Shown here one piece after another: positions 47,601 to 60,896 of a stretch of DNA of 64,000 nt (positions within the stretch are counted from its first letter, which is position 1; each line of letters starts with the position of its first letter). This DNA comes from Microbotryum violaceum (Eukaryota). Location: the NCBI GenBank assembly GCA_001244265.2, contig CDLV01000008.1, forward strand, positions 1,736,001-1,800,000. The letters run 5' to 3'. The translations under genes and the position numbers were made by a program. The notes under the pieces were generated by a model that did no database searches, was not told where the DNA came from, and worked only from the letters and a program-made list of their open reading frames with translations.

Positions 47601-49914
47601 CACTCTGACCCGCACCGAGTCGGACAAGGCGTCCGCCGAGGAGGTCGAAAAGTTTTAGACGGCCTCTTCGCATCTCGTCTTCGTGTGCGGTCAATCATTC
47701 CGGTGTCCAGTGTTGTGTGCAAAGAAGGGTCCTTCTTTCTGTCTGTGTAATTTCGTTCGCATTTATATTCTCTTTGGCTCGTTTTCCCTCTAGTAGCATT
47801 TCACTCCTTGAAACAGCCGTCGATGTCATAACACAGTCTTTATTACTAACTTCCCGTATTGTGAAGCTTCTCTGCACAGCCTTTGGCTGCATGGATTCGG
47901 ACGTAGTAGTGCGGCGGTCCGACTTGCATCGAGTAAACAAATTCGGCGCAGCCTCCTGGACTCAGAAACTGTTCGTCAGGCCATTCTTAGGGGTCTTGGA
48001 AAGGGCAGGGAGTCTATATTGCTGCTGCGACTGCAGGGACCGCTCCGCTAGTCTATCTGCCATTCTTTTCCATGCCAGAGCAAAATCTTGATCACCCGGG
48101 CTACGGCGCCGAGGCCAAGCGCAATTTATGAGCGGCACGGAAATACACCCCCACGTACCTCCCTCACGTGACCCGGGCGGCCGGGCCACTCGCACGATTC
48201 CGAGCCAACAGCGATGCATGGTGATTCGTTATACCAGGACCTACCGTATCGAGGCCCGAAGGTCGTTAGGTAGTCTGGTACCTATCTGGTCCAGAACACC
48301 CTCGGCAAATACCGGTATGGGAGACAACATCTGCAGGGGTCCCGCTCTAATCGTTGAATCGCGGATTGTGATCGGCCGGCCACCTCGGAACATCTGAAAT
48401 CTGCGGTCGATTTCGCCTGGCCACTGCAGCACCGCGGGCGACGCTCAACTCACTCGATCGTGTTGGGGCCGCGGGGGGTTACGGGATCGGGCTTTCCTGG
48501 ATCGAGACCAGCAGTTTGTGCGCGTTTTGCGAATGTAGCGCTCTTTTTTACTTGCCAGCTTGCGACTGCGACTGCGACTGCCAATTCCGCCTTGTCGATC
48601 AGCGCGGTCGGGCGTAAGCGCGGTCGAGATTCGGGCCGTTGGCTGTCGGGCGGGATCGATTTGAACTTGGTCGCTTCGGAGTCCGACAAGCGACAGGCGA
48701 CTGGCGGGTCTAGAGCCTCGATCGTCCAAGCGCCCCCAGAGAAAAAGTCGCTGCGCGAGGTGATTCGCTTACCCCGCCTCCAGGGCGCGGCTTTCCTTAG
48801 GTTCACGTATTAGTTTTTCCGCTTCCCCCAGTCTCGCCCGCCCTCGCCCGCACCTCGCCCCAGTCGCCCAGATCTTGGGAAAGCGATCTACGACCTGGAG
48901 TGACCGCCCCCACCACCCCGGAGTATTGCCACAAAAGGGAGAAAGGGGGAAAAGCACCACACTTTCTTCAATCCACCACTTTTTCTCTCTCTCTTCTCCA
49001 TCACTTCCTCCTCTCCAACTTCCCACCTACAACCCCGAGCTCGTCTCATCCATCCCGTGACAGGTCAGAAGCAACTTCGACCTCTTCCCGTCCTCCCCTT
49101 CACCCGCAACCCTTCAATCCCCTTTCCCCAACTCTCAACAATGGCTGGCGGTGGCGCAGTTACCGGCGTCAAGGCCACTGGCAACGTGACCAAGCGACAG
49201 GAGTACTTCGCCTTTAGTCTCGTCACCTCCCTCTTCTTCCTGTGAGTTCGCGCCGACTTTGGGTCTCGCCTCGGCACCTGTCGATCAGCTCCTAACCCGG
49301 CGCCGCGCTTGTCCGCTTCCTTCTCCCATCTACAGCTGGGGTTTTTCATATGGTCTCCTCGATGTGTGAGCCTCGTAGCTACCGGAGCAGACTTTATTGA
49401 GAGTCTGAAGCTGACCTCAGACCTCCTCTTCATGCCGACGCAGCCTGAACAAGCATTTCCAGACATTCTTCGGCATCACCAAGCTCCAGTCGACCCTGCT
49501 CCAGGTCGCCTACTTCGGTGCCTACGTCGTCTACTCGCCCGTGTGCGGCCAGTTCATCTCCAAGTTTGGTTACAAGAAGGGTATCTACATGGGTCTGTCG
49601 TTGTACTGCATCGGTGCGCTCGGCTTCTGGCCGTCGGCCAAGTTTGAAAAGTATGGTGGCTTCGTCGCTTCCGCCTTCGTCATCGCCTGCGGTCTCGCCA
49701 CCCTCGAGGTCTGCGCCAACTCGTACGTCACCGTCCTCGGTTCGCCCGAACAGGCCGCGTTCCGCCTCAACTTCTCGCAATCGTTCAATGGTCTCGCATC
49801 GTTCGTCGGCCCCTTGATCGCGTCCAAGTACTTCTTCGGTGACGAGGCGACGCAACATTCGCTCGGCAACGTCCAATGGGTCTACCTCGCGGTTGCGTGC
49901 CTCGGCGCTGCGGT
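43325..49914 (+). repeat. Near-perfect tandem segmental repeat, period ~2994 bp, about 2.2 units
   Basis: Identical ORF sets recur at an offset of 2993-2994. The only differences noticed are single-base homopolymer length changes (C6 vs C5 near 44450/47445; G5 vs G6 near 45482/48475). Confidence 0.95.
46147..47658 (+). CDS. FucP-like MFS transporter copy 2 (chimeric; 1-bp deletion near 47445, either a real frameshift or a sequencing error)
   Basis: Exon 1 and intron 1 are identical to copy 3 and the 3' half is identical to copy 1. TTCCCCCTGT versus TTCCCCCCTGT shifts the frame after GGGAMFP. Confidence 0.85.
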
Positions 49915-50659
49915 CATGGTCCTCTTCTTCTTCGCTACGTTGCCGGAAATCTCCGAGGATGACATGAACGCGCAGCAGGCCGCCGCCGGCTACGTCGACG
50001 ACCGCCCGCTCTACAAGCGCCGCCACACCGTGCTTGGCTTCATTGTTCAGTGGATGTACGTCGGTGCCCAAGTCACCCTCGCGACCTTTGTACTCAACTA
50101 CCTCACCGATAAGCACGACTTCACGACCGCACGCGCGTCGCAGCTCTTCTCCTTCATGCAAATCACCTTCATGGTCGGTCGTTTCGCCTCGACCCCGCTC
50201 TTGCGCTTCTTCAACCCCGCCACGATCCTGGCCGTCTACGGTGCGATGTGCTCCATCTTCACGCTCGTCGCCGCGCTCAAGGGTGGCAAAGTTGGCCTTG
50301 CGTCGCTCTTCATCGTCTTCTTCTTCGAGTCGGTTTGCTACCCTACGACCTTCACGCTCGCGACGAGCAACCTTGGCAAGTGGACCAAGCGAGGTGGTTC
50401 GCTCGTCGTCATGGGTGTTGGAGGAGGTGCCATGTTTCCCCCTGTCCAGGGTGCGATGGCCGACAAGACGGGCACTCAGCTCTCTTACGTCATCCCCTTC
50501 ATCGGCTTCCTGTTCGTCTTTGCCTACGGTCTCGGTATGAGATGGTACACGGCCAAGTTCGAGCAACAGTTGCTCAACGCCGAGGCCGAGGCCGGTGTCC
50601 CCACCCTCAACCGCACCGAGTCGGAAAAGGCTTCGGTCGACGAGGTTGAGAAGTTTTAG
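49141..50659 (+). CDS. FucP-like MFS transporter copy 3
   Basis: Intact frame. Diverges from copies 1 and 2 from 49915 onward (TVLGFIVQWMYVGAQV; C-terminus NRTESEKASVDEVEKF). Confidence 0.93.
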
Positions 50660-50965
50660 ATGGTTTTAGTTCCTCACGGGTTCAAAGGGTCTTTCTAGGG
50701 GTTCATACATGCGCTTTATCAGTTTGGGGCTCTTCTCGCATCGCAGTACACTTTTTGATGTTTTTCATTGACGCAATACAATGCGCGGGCTGCACATACA
50801 TATACCACAGCGGTTGCCATCACACAAGAGAGCAACCTTAATGCAACAGGGTAGCGGAAGCGATATCTGATTGCCTACCATGGTAAGTCTTGCTGCTGCG
50901 ATGATGCTCACAGTCCGGTAATTTGACGTTTGATGCAAGAAGTATTGAAACTGAACAGCGATGTG

Positions 50966-51173
50966 CTGAACGAGTTGGCGGCAGGGACGAGCCAATGAGT
51001 TCGTAATCAAGTGAAGATTGCAATAAAGGAGTTCTTCACATACCTGAATGAGTTGGCGGCAGGGACGAGCCAATGAGTTCGTAATCAAGTGAAGATTGTA
51101 ATAAAGGAGTTCTTCACATACCTGAACGAGTTGGCGGCAGGGACGAGCCAATGAGTTCGTAATCAAGTGAAGA
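50966..51173 (-). repeat. 78-bp tandem repeat, about 2.7 copies, intron-shaped unit; possibly inside a solo copia-type LTR (~50967-51265)
   Basis: Units start at 50966, 51044 and 51122, with two substitutions. A minus-strand TGTTG at 51265 is a plausible LTR start, but no target-site duplication was found. Confidence 0.9.
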
Positions 51174-51574
51174 AGAGGAGACAAAGACGCGAATCGCGCG
51201 CGCGACTAATACAAAGTGGAGACGCGCGTAGTGCGGATTTAAGGCAAGAGTAATTTACTTCAACAAGAAGACATGCTTGGTCGAATGAATCTTGAAAAAC
51301 TAGACGTGTTATGACATTCTCTGGCCTATGTGGATGCACTGCTCCGGGCCCCATCGTAAAAGTCGCGAGGAAATGGCCCGATTTTGACTTGCCAGGCTTT
51401 GCCTCGGTTTGCCGAGGTGGGGGTCGCCCCACCTCGTGCCTCCTCGTGCCGTGGTGCTTGCGCTTCCGTCTCTCCGCGTCGACTCCGTCAGCTGTGGGTT
51501 CGCACGGCGGCGCGTCGTTGATCACCCTCATACACTCCGCAGCCGTCCGAGTTCAAGCGCTAGGTTCCATAGAC

Positions 51575-54500
51575 ATGTCGTTCTCAACGATGCGAGTGAT
51601 ACGGACTCTGCCACGCGTTCGACGCTCTACAGCGTCACCAGCGACATCTGTTCTCAGTCGAGTCGCGCGCTGCCCCACGACGACCAAGACCGCTGTTCGA
51701 CCCTTCCACACGACACTAGCCGCTCGCAAGTCCCCGTCGACAGAGCTTGTCGAGCCGGAAAGGAAGGATGTCTCGTCCAATGAGAATCCGACCCCACAGG
51801 AGAAGCCGAGAGCGGAACATGCCGTCATCAGTGCGTTTGGTACGTAGACGATTGGTTCGACGCTCACGCCGACAGCAGGCGCTCTGGGGTCGAGCTGATA
51901 AGGATTTCCGCCTAGTGATATATCCCCGGATGTCTGCGTGCCCGCGATTCCGACGTGGTCTCTGACAACGTCTGTTGTAATAATGCCCACACAGACTTAT
52001 TTTCCATTGGTGTCGGGCCGAGCTCCTCCCATACAGGTGGGCGCATAAGTTGATCCTCTTTCGCACGATAGGAGCTGACCTGCTCCCCACTAAACCATAT
52101 GACCGCTCGCCCCTAACTGCACTGTTGCTCTATCGGGTCTCAGTTGGACCTATGCGAGCAGGAAAGATCTTCGTCGAGGACCTCAAAGAGCTCGGGATCC
52201 TGAAGGATGTGCACAAGCTCAAGATCGGGCTGTATGGGTCACTGGCTGCGACGGGCAAAGGTCACATGACACCGCAGGCCGTTGTCCTCGGTCTCGAAGG
52301 CGAGGATCCGGAAACGATCGAGTACGTTCTTCGGGGTCGGAGAGCCTGTAACCAGCTCTGACTATTCTGATGCTCATCATTCGCACCTCCTGATGGACAG
52401 GCCTTCGACGATCCAGTCGCGGTACGCCTCGATTTTACAGACACATCACTTGACCCTAGCCGGCGAGCACTCCGTCGTCTACGATCAGGACAAGGATATG
52501 CTATGGCGGAATGAGCCATTGCCGACCCATCCCAACGGAATGAGGTACGCTTTGACTGTTTCGCGTGGAACGAAGACTCGGCTGACGCACCGAAAAATCT
52601 TTACGCTGCAGGTTCTCGGTCTATGCCAAGACAGGCGACTTGCTGGCTGTGAACGAGTATTTTTCAGTTGGCGGTGGTTTCGTTGTTAACGATCAGACCA
52701 AAAGTGGGTCCAATAGTATATGCAAGCGTGGTAGGGATTAAGTTGACAGATGACTGCTTTCCCTTGCAGTTGACGAGAACCTGTACTATCGGGCTGTAAA
52801 GAAAAAGTCGGCCTCGTCGGCGCGGAGGGAGCAGACCCACGGTCTGGAGACAGACAGCAAGACCCAGGCATTACCCGCCCCTGGACAAGAGTCAAGTGCC
52901 GAAGAGGATGGACCGAGACCGACGGGACCGAAGCAGCCACCGTTCTTGTTCAGGAACGGGACAGAGCTCTTGGCGATGACGAAGAGACACAACGTCCGTT
53001 TTCTCTCTTTCTCTGAGATCGCAAGTTTTTTCGATGAGGTGTTAATCTATGGTCGTTCCAATACAGTTGACCATCGCTCAACTGGTGTGGGAGAACGAAC
53101 GGAGCGCGATGACGAGCGAGGAGATTTCCGAAGGGCTAATGAAGGTGCGGCCGAGTAATCGCGCAAAGTGCCACCCATGAACTCACACGACTTTTCTTCT
53201 CCGCGCTCAGCTATGGCGCACAATGGACGCTTCGATCGCTCAGGGCGTGTCCTCGACAGAACTCAAGCTGCCGGGAGGACTCGGTGTTCGACGGAGAGCT
53301 CCTGGTAGCTGAACATTCTTTTCTCCTCAAACGTCTGAGCGAGCCCATCACTGACAGCCTTCCATCGATAACAGGGCTCTACAGACGTCTTTTCAAAGGC
53401 TTCTACCCTTCCATATCCCCATCCGAGCCTTCCCAACCCGCCCTACCACCAGCAGCTCCTTCCTCGACTCTTACCATGGCCTCAGGGTTCAACTCGGAGC
53501 CGCCGCCTGAAGCCATCACTCGACTACCGTCCGGCTCGATCCGGAGGACACCGTTAGTCATCGGCTCGTTCGAACATGAGTTGGCACCCATCCCGTTCAA
53601 AAAGGCTGTGTTCCCCGGGATCGATTTCTTGAGCTGTTACGCCATTGCTGGTGAGGACCGTGATGACATGGAAGGTCAAGGAAAACATGCAAAGTGCTGA
53701 TGGTTTGCTCTTCGTGGGTCGAGCAGTCAATGAGACCAACGCGAGTGGTGGTAGGGTGGTTACCAGTCCGACATTGGTAAGCCATTTTGGCGTTTCTGAG
53801 AACTGCTCTCCAGATATCATGATCCTGATGCCCAAGTTTTGGTCGCGGTGCCATCAGGGTGCCGCTGGAGTGATTCCAGCCGTTGGCAAATACATTGTCG
53901 AATTCATCTCGGACGATCCCGAAGGAGATATCAAGACTTTCCTGCTGACGGCCGCGGCAGTGGGGATGCTGTACAAGCGAGGAGCAACCATTTCAGCCGC
54001 CGAAGGAGGATGCGTGAGTCTGACACCCCGGCATCACGGCAGTGAGTGTCTTCGCTAATGGTGATTATCGCATACTGTGCAACCCACGTGACCAGATGGC
54101 CGAAGTTGGCGTTGCGAGTTCGATGGCGGCCGCTGGGTTTACAGCTTGCATGGGAGGTCAGTGATCACCGCGTTTCGAGAAATCCTCGAAGCCCCTCTCA
54201 GGACTTGATGATTCTCAATCAAACTGGACCGCCTTCAGGCTCACCTCAACAAATCCTCCAAGCCGCCGAAATCGGGATCGAACACTCTTTGGGTCTCACC
54301 TGTGACCCTCACGAAGGGTTGGTCCAGGTGCCCTGCATCGAACGCAACTCGATAGGTGCTGTCAAAGCCGTCGCGGCTGCGCAATTGGCGTTGGCTTCGG
54401 ACGGGAGACATTCGGTCTCGTTGGATGAAGCGATTGAAGCGATGGTGAGTGATTTCTTCCTCATAGCTCTTCATTCATTGAGATTAATCACGATCGCGTA

Positions 54501-54742
54501 TGCTTTTCATTCAGCGAGTAACAGCAAGAGATATGGTAAAGTCTCTCGCTGGCCGGATTCTTGGGGTGCTTAGTTGATGGGTTTTACTCGTCTCCCGCAG
54601 CACACACACTACAAGGAGACATCAATGTCGGGACTAGCCGTAGGTCCCGCTGTGATAGCCCAGTGTGAAGAGAATCATCTGATCGAGGCTTTCTCACGCG
54701 CAGACCTCTGTTCGGATTCCTCTCTCCTCGCCGGCTTGCTAA
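51575..54742 (+). CDS. Iron-sulfur-dependent L-serine dehydratase (SdaA-type, single chain) with a probable mitochondrial presequence
   Basis: [93 protein letters not shown]...[19 protein letters not shown] and a C-terminal Cys. More than a dozen introns. Confidence 0.93.
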
Positions 54743-54880
54743 CGTTTGCACTATGAATGGTGACCTCTACGGATGGAACTGTGGAACGATGATCCTGTGC
54801 CTTGTTTATGATTGCAATAACAACCTTGTTTCTGATTGCGATACCCCTTCTAATTGGCACCTCCATTGAGTTCAGTCCGA

Positions 54881-57800
54881 TCATAGCTCGTCCTTGACCG
54901 GCACGACGACCGTGTCTTGGACATGCTCCCCAACGGGCCTCAACTCGACCTTTTCACCCTCGTCACTCTTCTCCTTGACAAACGCGTCCAATTCCTCCTT
55001 TTGGCCCTTGGCCTGACCCAACTCATCCGCCTTACCACCGAAAACTCCCACCCCTTCATCCTTCTCGATTCCACCAGTCTGTTTCTGTTCCGCCGCGACC
55101 CTCTTCGCTAACGCAGCGACCTCATCATCGTAAACCGTCCACTCAGGGATCAACCTCTTGGCCCTTCTCAACTTGGGTTCATGAGTCAAAGGGTTATTAC
55201 ACAGATCGATCGTCTTGGCCTGCGCGAGCGAAGCGTCCGAACACCACGTCTCGCACCATAACCAAGATTGATCGAGCGTATAGATCGGGATTTGGTCCTG
55301 CATGTCATTGGGAAGATCTTGGTCGAGGTTCGCTAGCGATTTGGGGTCGGCCGAAAGACCTTGATATTGTTGACGTAGACGGTCACCGGCGGCCATGGCG
55401 CGGAAACGGTCAAGGTCGACGACGTACAAAGCTGAGATGTGGTAAGGCTTGCCGCGGAGATGGTCTGGAGTAAAAAATGATCGAATTAGCATGGAGGTCT
55501 GCATACCAGGCTCTACGGGGGCCGACTCACCTCTCCAATAGCCTGACTTCCAGAATCGGAAGCGGTCCATCTCGGCTCGATCGTCTCCCATGGGAGTGTA
55601 AGCGTCTGTAAAGGAAGTACTACTTCGTCAGCAATACGTTCGAACAGAAATAAGTCGGCAAAGGATTTAATAAAAGGACTGACAAGGTGCTCCTTGAAGA
55701 TCAAGATCGACCAATTGCTTCAAGTCCGTCCGAACGATCTGCGAGAGACGTCTCACAGGTCAGACCACGAGAAGGCAAGCCCTTACCCCTCACTCAAGCA
55801 CTGACCTGATCCGAATCGACAAAGATGACCCTCTCTAACTCGAGCGGGAACAGCACGTCCAAGAATAAGATCTTGTAACCCCAAATGGTCCTCTGTTTCT
55901 CCTTTTGGGCCCTCAACCAATGCGGCCACTTGTACGTCACCAACTCGTACTCGAACCCATACTCTTTCGCGAGATGAGGGATGAAGGCTCGAAAGGAAGG
56001 CGAGAGAAAGTTTTGAATGAACCAGAACTTGACGGTCGATTGGGTATGTCGCATGACCGAGACGACCATGAGGAACGCCATGCGTTCGTACAAGAGCCCC
56101 GAAGCGACGGTAAAGACATTGATCTCGGCTTTTTTCTTGATCGCGAGCTCGGACTTGCGCAAGAAAGGGAATCTGCACAGTGAGAAGTGAGACCCAGGTT
56201 CAGCGACTCCCGCCAAGAGCACGTTCCTATCGGATTGTGCACGTACAAACTCTTGACCCGATCAACAACATTTTCCTGTGGGCCCTTCTTCGCCACACCC
56301 TTGTCCGTATCATCCAAAAGCTGCGTCAATCCATGCCCCTCGTTCCTCTTGAACCTAGGGAACAACGTCACGCCTTCAAAAGTCGTCACGAGGATCTCAT
56401 CACCCGCTTCTTCTACGCTTCGGGAGCTCCAGCCTTCGGCGCCGGTCGTTTCGATCGAGTAGACTTGAGAACTTTGGCCTTCCCTGATAGCGAGGCGCCA
56501 GGGTCCGGGACTGGCCTTGAATTGGAAATAACCTAGGTTGGCCATGACGATCGTACTGCGGAATCATCGTCATCAGAACACCCATCACATGTCGGTCAGC
56601 TGTCGAGGCACCACTAAGCTCCAAGAGCGAACCTATCCTAAAACTCACTCGACTCGGTGTTGGTCCTCCTCCTCCGTCACCTCCTTCACCAACTCCAACT
56701 GCAATCCCCTAGGTGGTGTATTTCCCGGCGTTTCCCTCGCATGCCCCTCCACCACCAAATTCTCCAGCTCGAATTCGGCCTCGACGCCTGCCTTTTTCGC
56801 CCAAAGCGGCAAATCCTTCAACCGAATGTTATCGAGATCATGGACCGATTTCTTAGGGAACGCAAGCCAGGCTTTTGGTGTGTCCATCGCGAAAGTGAAA
56901 AGGACGTCTTCGGGGAGGTCGGTGAATTGGACCTGGGGTTGTTGTTCGCGGCCTGTGGAAGGGTCGAATTGAGGAGAGGAAGCAAAGGTGAAAGCGTAAA
57001 ACCTCTTGATGGGTAGATCCTGATTCTTCATCGTAGGGATCAGGTGAACCCTCAAATGTACCGACTCGAGTTTCGAAAGCGTTTCGATTATCGGCGCCCA
57101 TCTTTGAGCCAATTCCGTCGCAGGGTCGACCACCACAGCGATTTCAAACATCGCTTTTTCCTCGTTCGGACCAATGATAGCCGAATGCTCAGCTTGGAAC
57201 TCGAGATAATCCCTCGATCGCTCAATCGAGTCTTCGCCCGCTAGACCACCTGATGGATCGACCTCGTACGCTTGGACAATGACCGACGTGGCGAGCGCGA
57301 CCATGTGAGCCCAACTCGATCGATCGAGTGATTGGAGGTCCAAATCAACGTTACGTAACGTTTCGACGACAGCATCGATCCTTTCTTCTCGTTCGTACGA
57401 GACCAAATTATTCAAATCCTCAATCGTCATATCATCCTTCTTCAATGGCCCCACCACACGACCATTAACGACCACCCCCGATTGACCCCTTTCGAACCCA
57501 AAACGTTGGGCCATCACCATCGCCGAAGTCCACCATTCCCGAGCCAAGATCGACGTCTTGTGATTCGCACCGAGTTTGACGTGCTTCTTGATGGGGTTTT
57601 CATCGTCCCATGAGTCCAATATGAGTTGATTGAGGTCGTCGATGTTGGTTTGATTGATATCGAGGCGGACGAAGCGAGAGAGTTCGGAAGGTAAGAGTTC
57701 GACCAATTCGTCTTCGGCGTGCAAGAGGTAAATCAAATTCGAGACGGCCCAACGCGAAGGGAGTTCTTGCTCGTCTTTGAGCGTGGGGTTATGGAGTAGA

Positions 57801-60800
57801 CTGAGCCTCGCTTCAGGGTGGGCTTGGACGTATTCCAACGCCGTGTGTACGAGTTGGCGTCCGTCACTTGAATCTAAATCCGCCACGACATGAAGGCTGA
57901 CAACTTGATCCAACTCGACGCCCTCCCCGAGCTCTAACCCTTGCTCATCTTTCAAAGAAGGTGCCGCCTCGATCCACGTCCCTTCAACGAACTCCCTCTC
58001 AACCCCCTCGAACACCTCCACAAGGTTCACCACCTTCAAAGGATTGGTTTCACTCGTAAACACGAACCGATTCCTCCTCTTGTGCGTCGTTGGAAGGTCA
58101 TAAAAGAAATTATCCACGTCCGTCTCCGAGGTGAGTTTTTCGAAATAAACCTCTTGTTGCTCGTATTGGACATGCGCGGATAAGGTTTGTTGCAAGTGTT
58201 GGGCCCATTCCTATGGGAGGTGGAATCGTTCAGTTCGTTTTGATCAGTGAAATTGAATTGGAGGTCCAAATCCGTCGGACCACAGCACGAGAGCAATTTA
58301 CGCACCTCATCAAACTCGAAAAAAGCGCCATTGATCAAGAACGCCCCAACCGAGCTCGCTTCATCGCTCCCCGTGACACCCAATCGCTTTGCATAAGCTC
58401 TTGCCTTGTTGATCCGTTCGGCCCCACTCGGTAATTCAAGGACCTGTGCGAACGATGCCAAGTGTTCACCGGATAGGTGCGTGTTCTCCGATATGAACGT
58501 TTCGTACGTCTTGCGTAGATGAGGGGCGGTAACGCGGTCTGTATCAAGGGTGTCGAGGAGCTGGTGAAAAATCACATCATAGTCAGCAAAAAAAAGGGGG
58601 GGCACCTTGTACTCTCCGCGTCCTTGGACCCCAACCTCACCTGTCCCAAGAAGCTCATCGTCCCCCCTCGCCCAATCGCCTCCGTCAAATACCAAAACAC
58701 CTTCGCGAACGTCTGTTCCGTACTCTCTTCCCCATCCTGCCCTCCACTTTGGCCCAACTTGGGTACCAAGCCGAACTTTATCGGGACTCCCCTCGAAACA
58801 AAATTTTGAACCTGCCTCGTCAAAAGTTGCAGTGTCGCTGGTTGGGTAAGGTCGAGTATGAATATGGCTTGGTTAAGGTTGAGCGCGACGCTGTTCATTT
58901 GTCCCGGATAGATGGGGTGTAAGAGCTGTGCAAAGAAACAAAGTAACAAAACCCGCGAAATCAGCCTTTTCGGAAAGGCTTCCGATCATCCAAAATGCGT
59001 CGTTCCCCCTCCCCTCCTCGCACCTCACCTTTTTCAAATCCTTCCCCCAACTTTGATACTTCCTATCCTTTTCCAAATCGTTCCACCAAAACACCACCCC
59101 CCTACCTTCTTCCCGATCACTCGCATCGAACAACTGACCTAAAACATGACTCGAAACCCTACCCGAAGGTTCTGTAACGATTTTCCCACCTGATTTCATC
59201 GTTTTGGAAATCAAAGGGTTCATGATGATTGCTCGAAGTTGAAAGGGGGAGATTTCGAATAGGGGAAGATGTTCTTGGTTGGGTTTGGTGAAGATACGTT
59301 GGAGTTGGGTTAAGAATTTACGTTCTTTTCTCATTAACCTGACTAACACGAAGGGGTCGACTTGCGCTTCGGGGATACGGACTCCGTTCAATGCGAAGGA
59401 GGGTTGTAGACCGGTTGGTAGAAGACTGTTTGTCTGGATCTCTTGTAATAAGTCGATTGGGACGGTCGGAACGAGGGAGGAGAGTTTGGAAGCGAGGAGG
59501 GGGAAGGATGAGGTGAGGCGCGTAAAGGCGCTCAAGGGTGAAGGGTCGGAGAGAATGTAGCAAGTTGATCTAACGCCGAGGAGGGGAATTTCTCTCTTCT
59601 TGATGGGTTCCATCTTGATCGCTTCGGAGGACTCGATCGATTCGTCAGTAGTGGCGGAGTCGTGGGCCCCTTCGAGCGAAGTCAGTCGATCATCAATGGC
59701 GAGGTAGTCGGATTTCTTGATGTCCAATCCTGCTCCATAACCACTCAACACCAAAGGTTCGTGCGCAGACCCAGCGGCTGACTTCCATCTCAACGCATAT
59801 TCGATCCTAGGCGGTTCTTGAACGGCGAGACGGGTGAGCAGTTCGTACCACTCGATAAAGGCCGGTGACGAGGGCGAGGCGTAAAAGATGACGAGTGGGG
59901 GTGGGGCCGAGGTCGAGGTCGAGGTTAAAGTAGGTGGTCGGGGTGAAAGATGGTCGAAAGGGTACACTTTGGGTCGGTTCGAGCTGTTGCTAAAGAAGGG
60001 CGACGGGCACATGAAACGCAAAGGATCAGAATCTGCGCTGTGGCCACCCCCGCCCCACATGGCCCCCCCACTTTAGACTGCGCGACCCGACGTACGCCGT
60101 GTTGGGCAAGGACAATCCCCCTTTTGCGTTCCTTTGTCCGTCTCCTAGTACGTTCCAAAACTCTGCAACCGAACATAGCCTATAACGACCGAGTTGGACC
60201 CAATTATCACACTCGGACTGCGGCGCCTCGTGAGCGACCGCGCCTGTACCCGTCGGCGTTGGCGTCGTCGTCGAGGCCCAAGCCCTCTTGGCCACGACCT
60301 CCATCGCCTGCAACCGTACGCTCGCCTCCTTCAGGCCCATCGCCAACCCCAACGACTCGACCAGAGCGGCGTTCGAATGACTCGGATCGTTCTGGTCGAG
60401 AAAGTGCTGCAGTTGATGCGAAAGCACGGTCCAAGCTTGGGAGGGATCGTGCACGGCGGTGGCGGAGGGGGAGGGTGAGGATACGGTGGTGGGTGCAGTT
60501 GTGAGAAGGGTCGATGCGTTGGATTGGATAAGGTGGGTTAGGAAAGGGTGCAGGAGCTGTCGGTCTTCGGTGGCGAGCGATTCGCTGCGAGAAAAAGGGG
60601 AACGAACGTCGTTTTCACCTGCCGGGTTCAACTTCGAGTTCCACCAGCGCGACCGGCAAGAGAATCATAACTCACAGGTACTGTACGACCAACGACGATG
60701 CTGCCCACGGTGTCTTGATTCGAGCCTGGACCGAATGAGCCCCGCCCGAGCTCGAGGTCAAGGTCGACGACGGACTGCCAGCGAGACAGGTCTGCATCAC

Positions 60801-60896
60801 CGACACCCAACCCAGAACGATCACAAGCATCATCGAGCTCGTTGCCACCGGTAGCCGCTGCCGGTAAACTGTGGACGAACAAAGTCCAAAAGGCAT
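54881..60896 (-). CDS. UDP-glucose:glycoprotein glucosyltransferase (UGGT/Kre5-like)
   Basis: [85 protein letters not shown]...[31 protein letters not shown] and C-terminal KDEL. Start is 60896 or 60833 (the signal peptide follows the latter). Confidence 0.95.

Noticed and set aside
50765-51184. 139-aa repetitive ORF over the 78-bp array
   Set aside because: A by-product of a unit length divisible by three; no protein-like features.
43154-54742. Transporter array plus serine dehydratase as a metabolic gene cluster
   Set aside because: No shared pathway is evident, and no sugar-catabolic enzymes or regulator lie nearby.
54881-54895. KDEL rather than HDEL on UGGT
   Set aside because: Ordinary variation in ER-retention signals.
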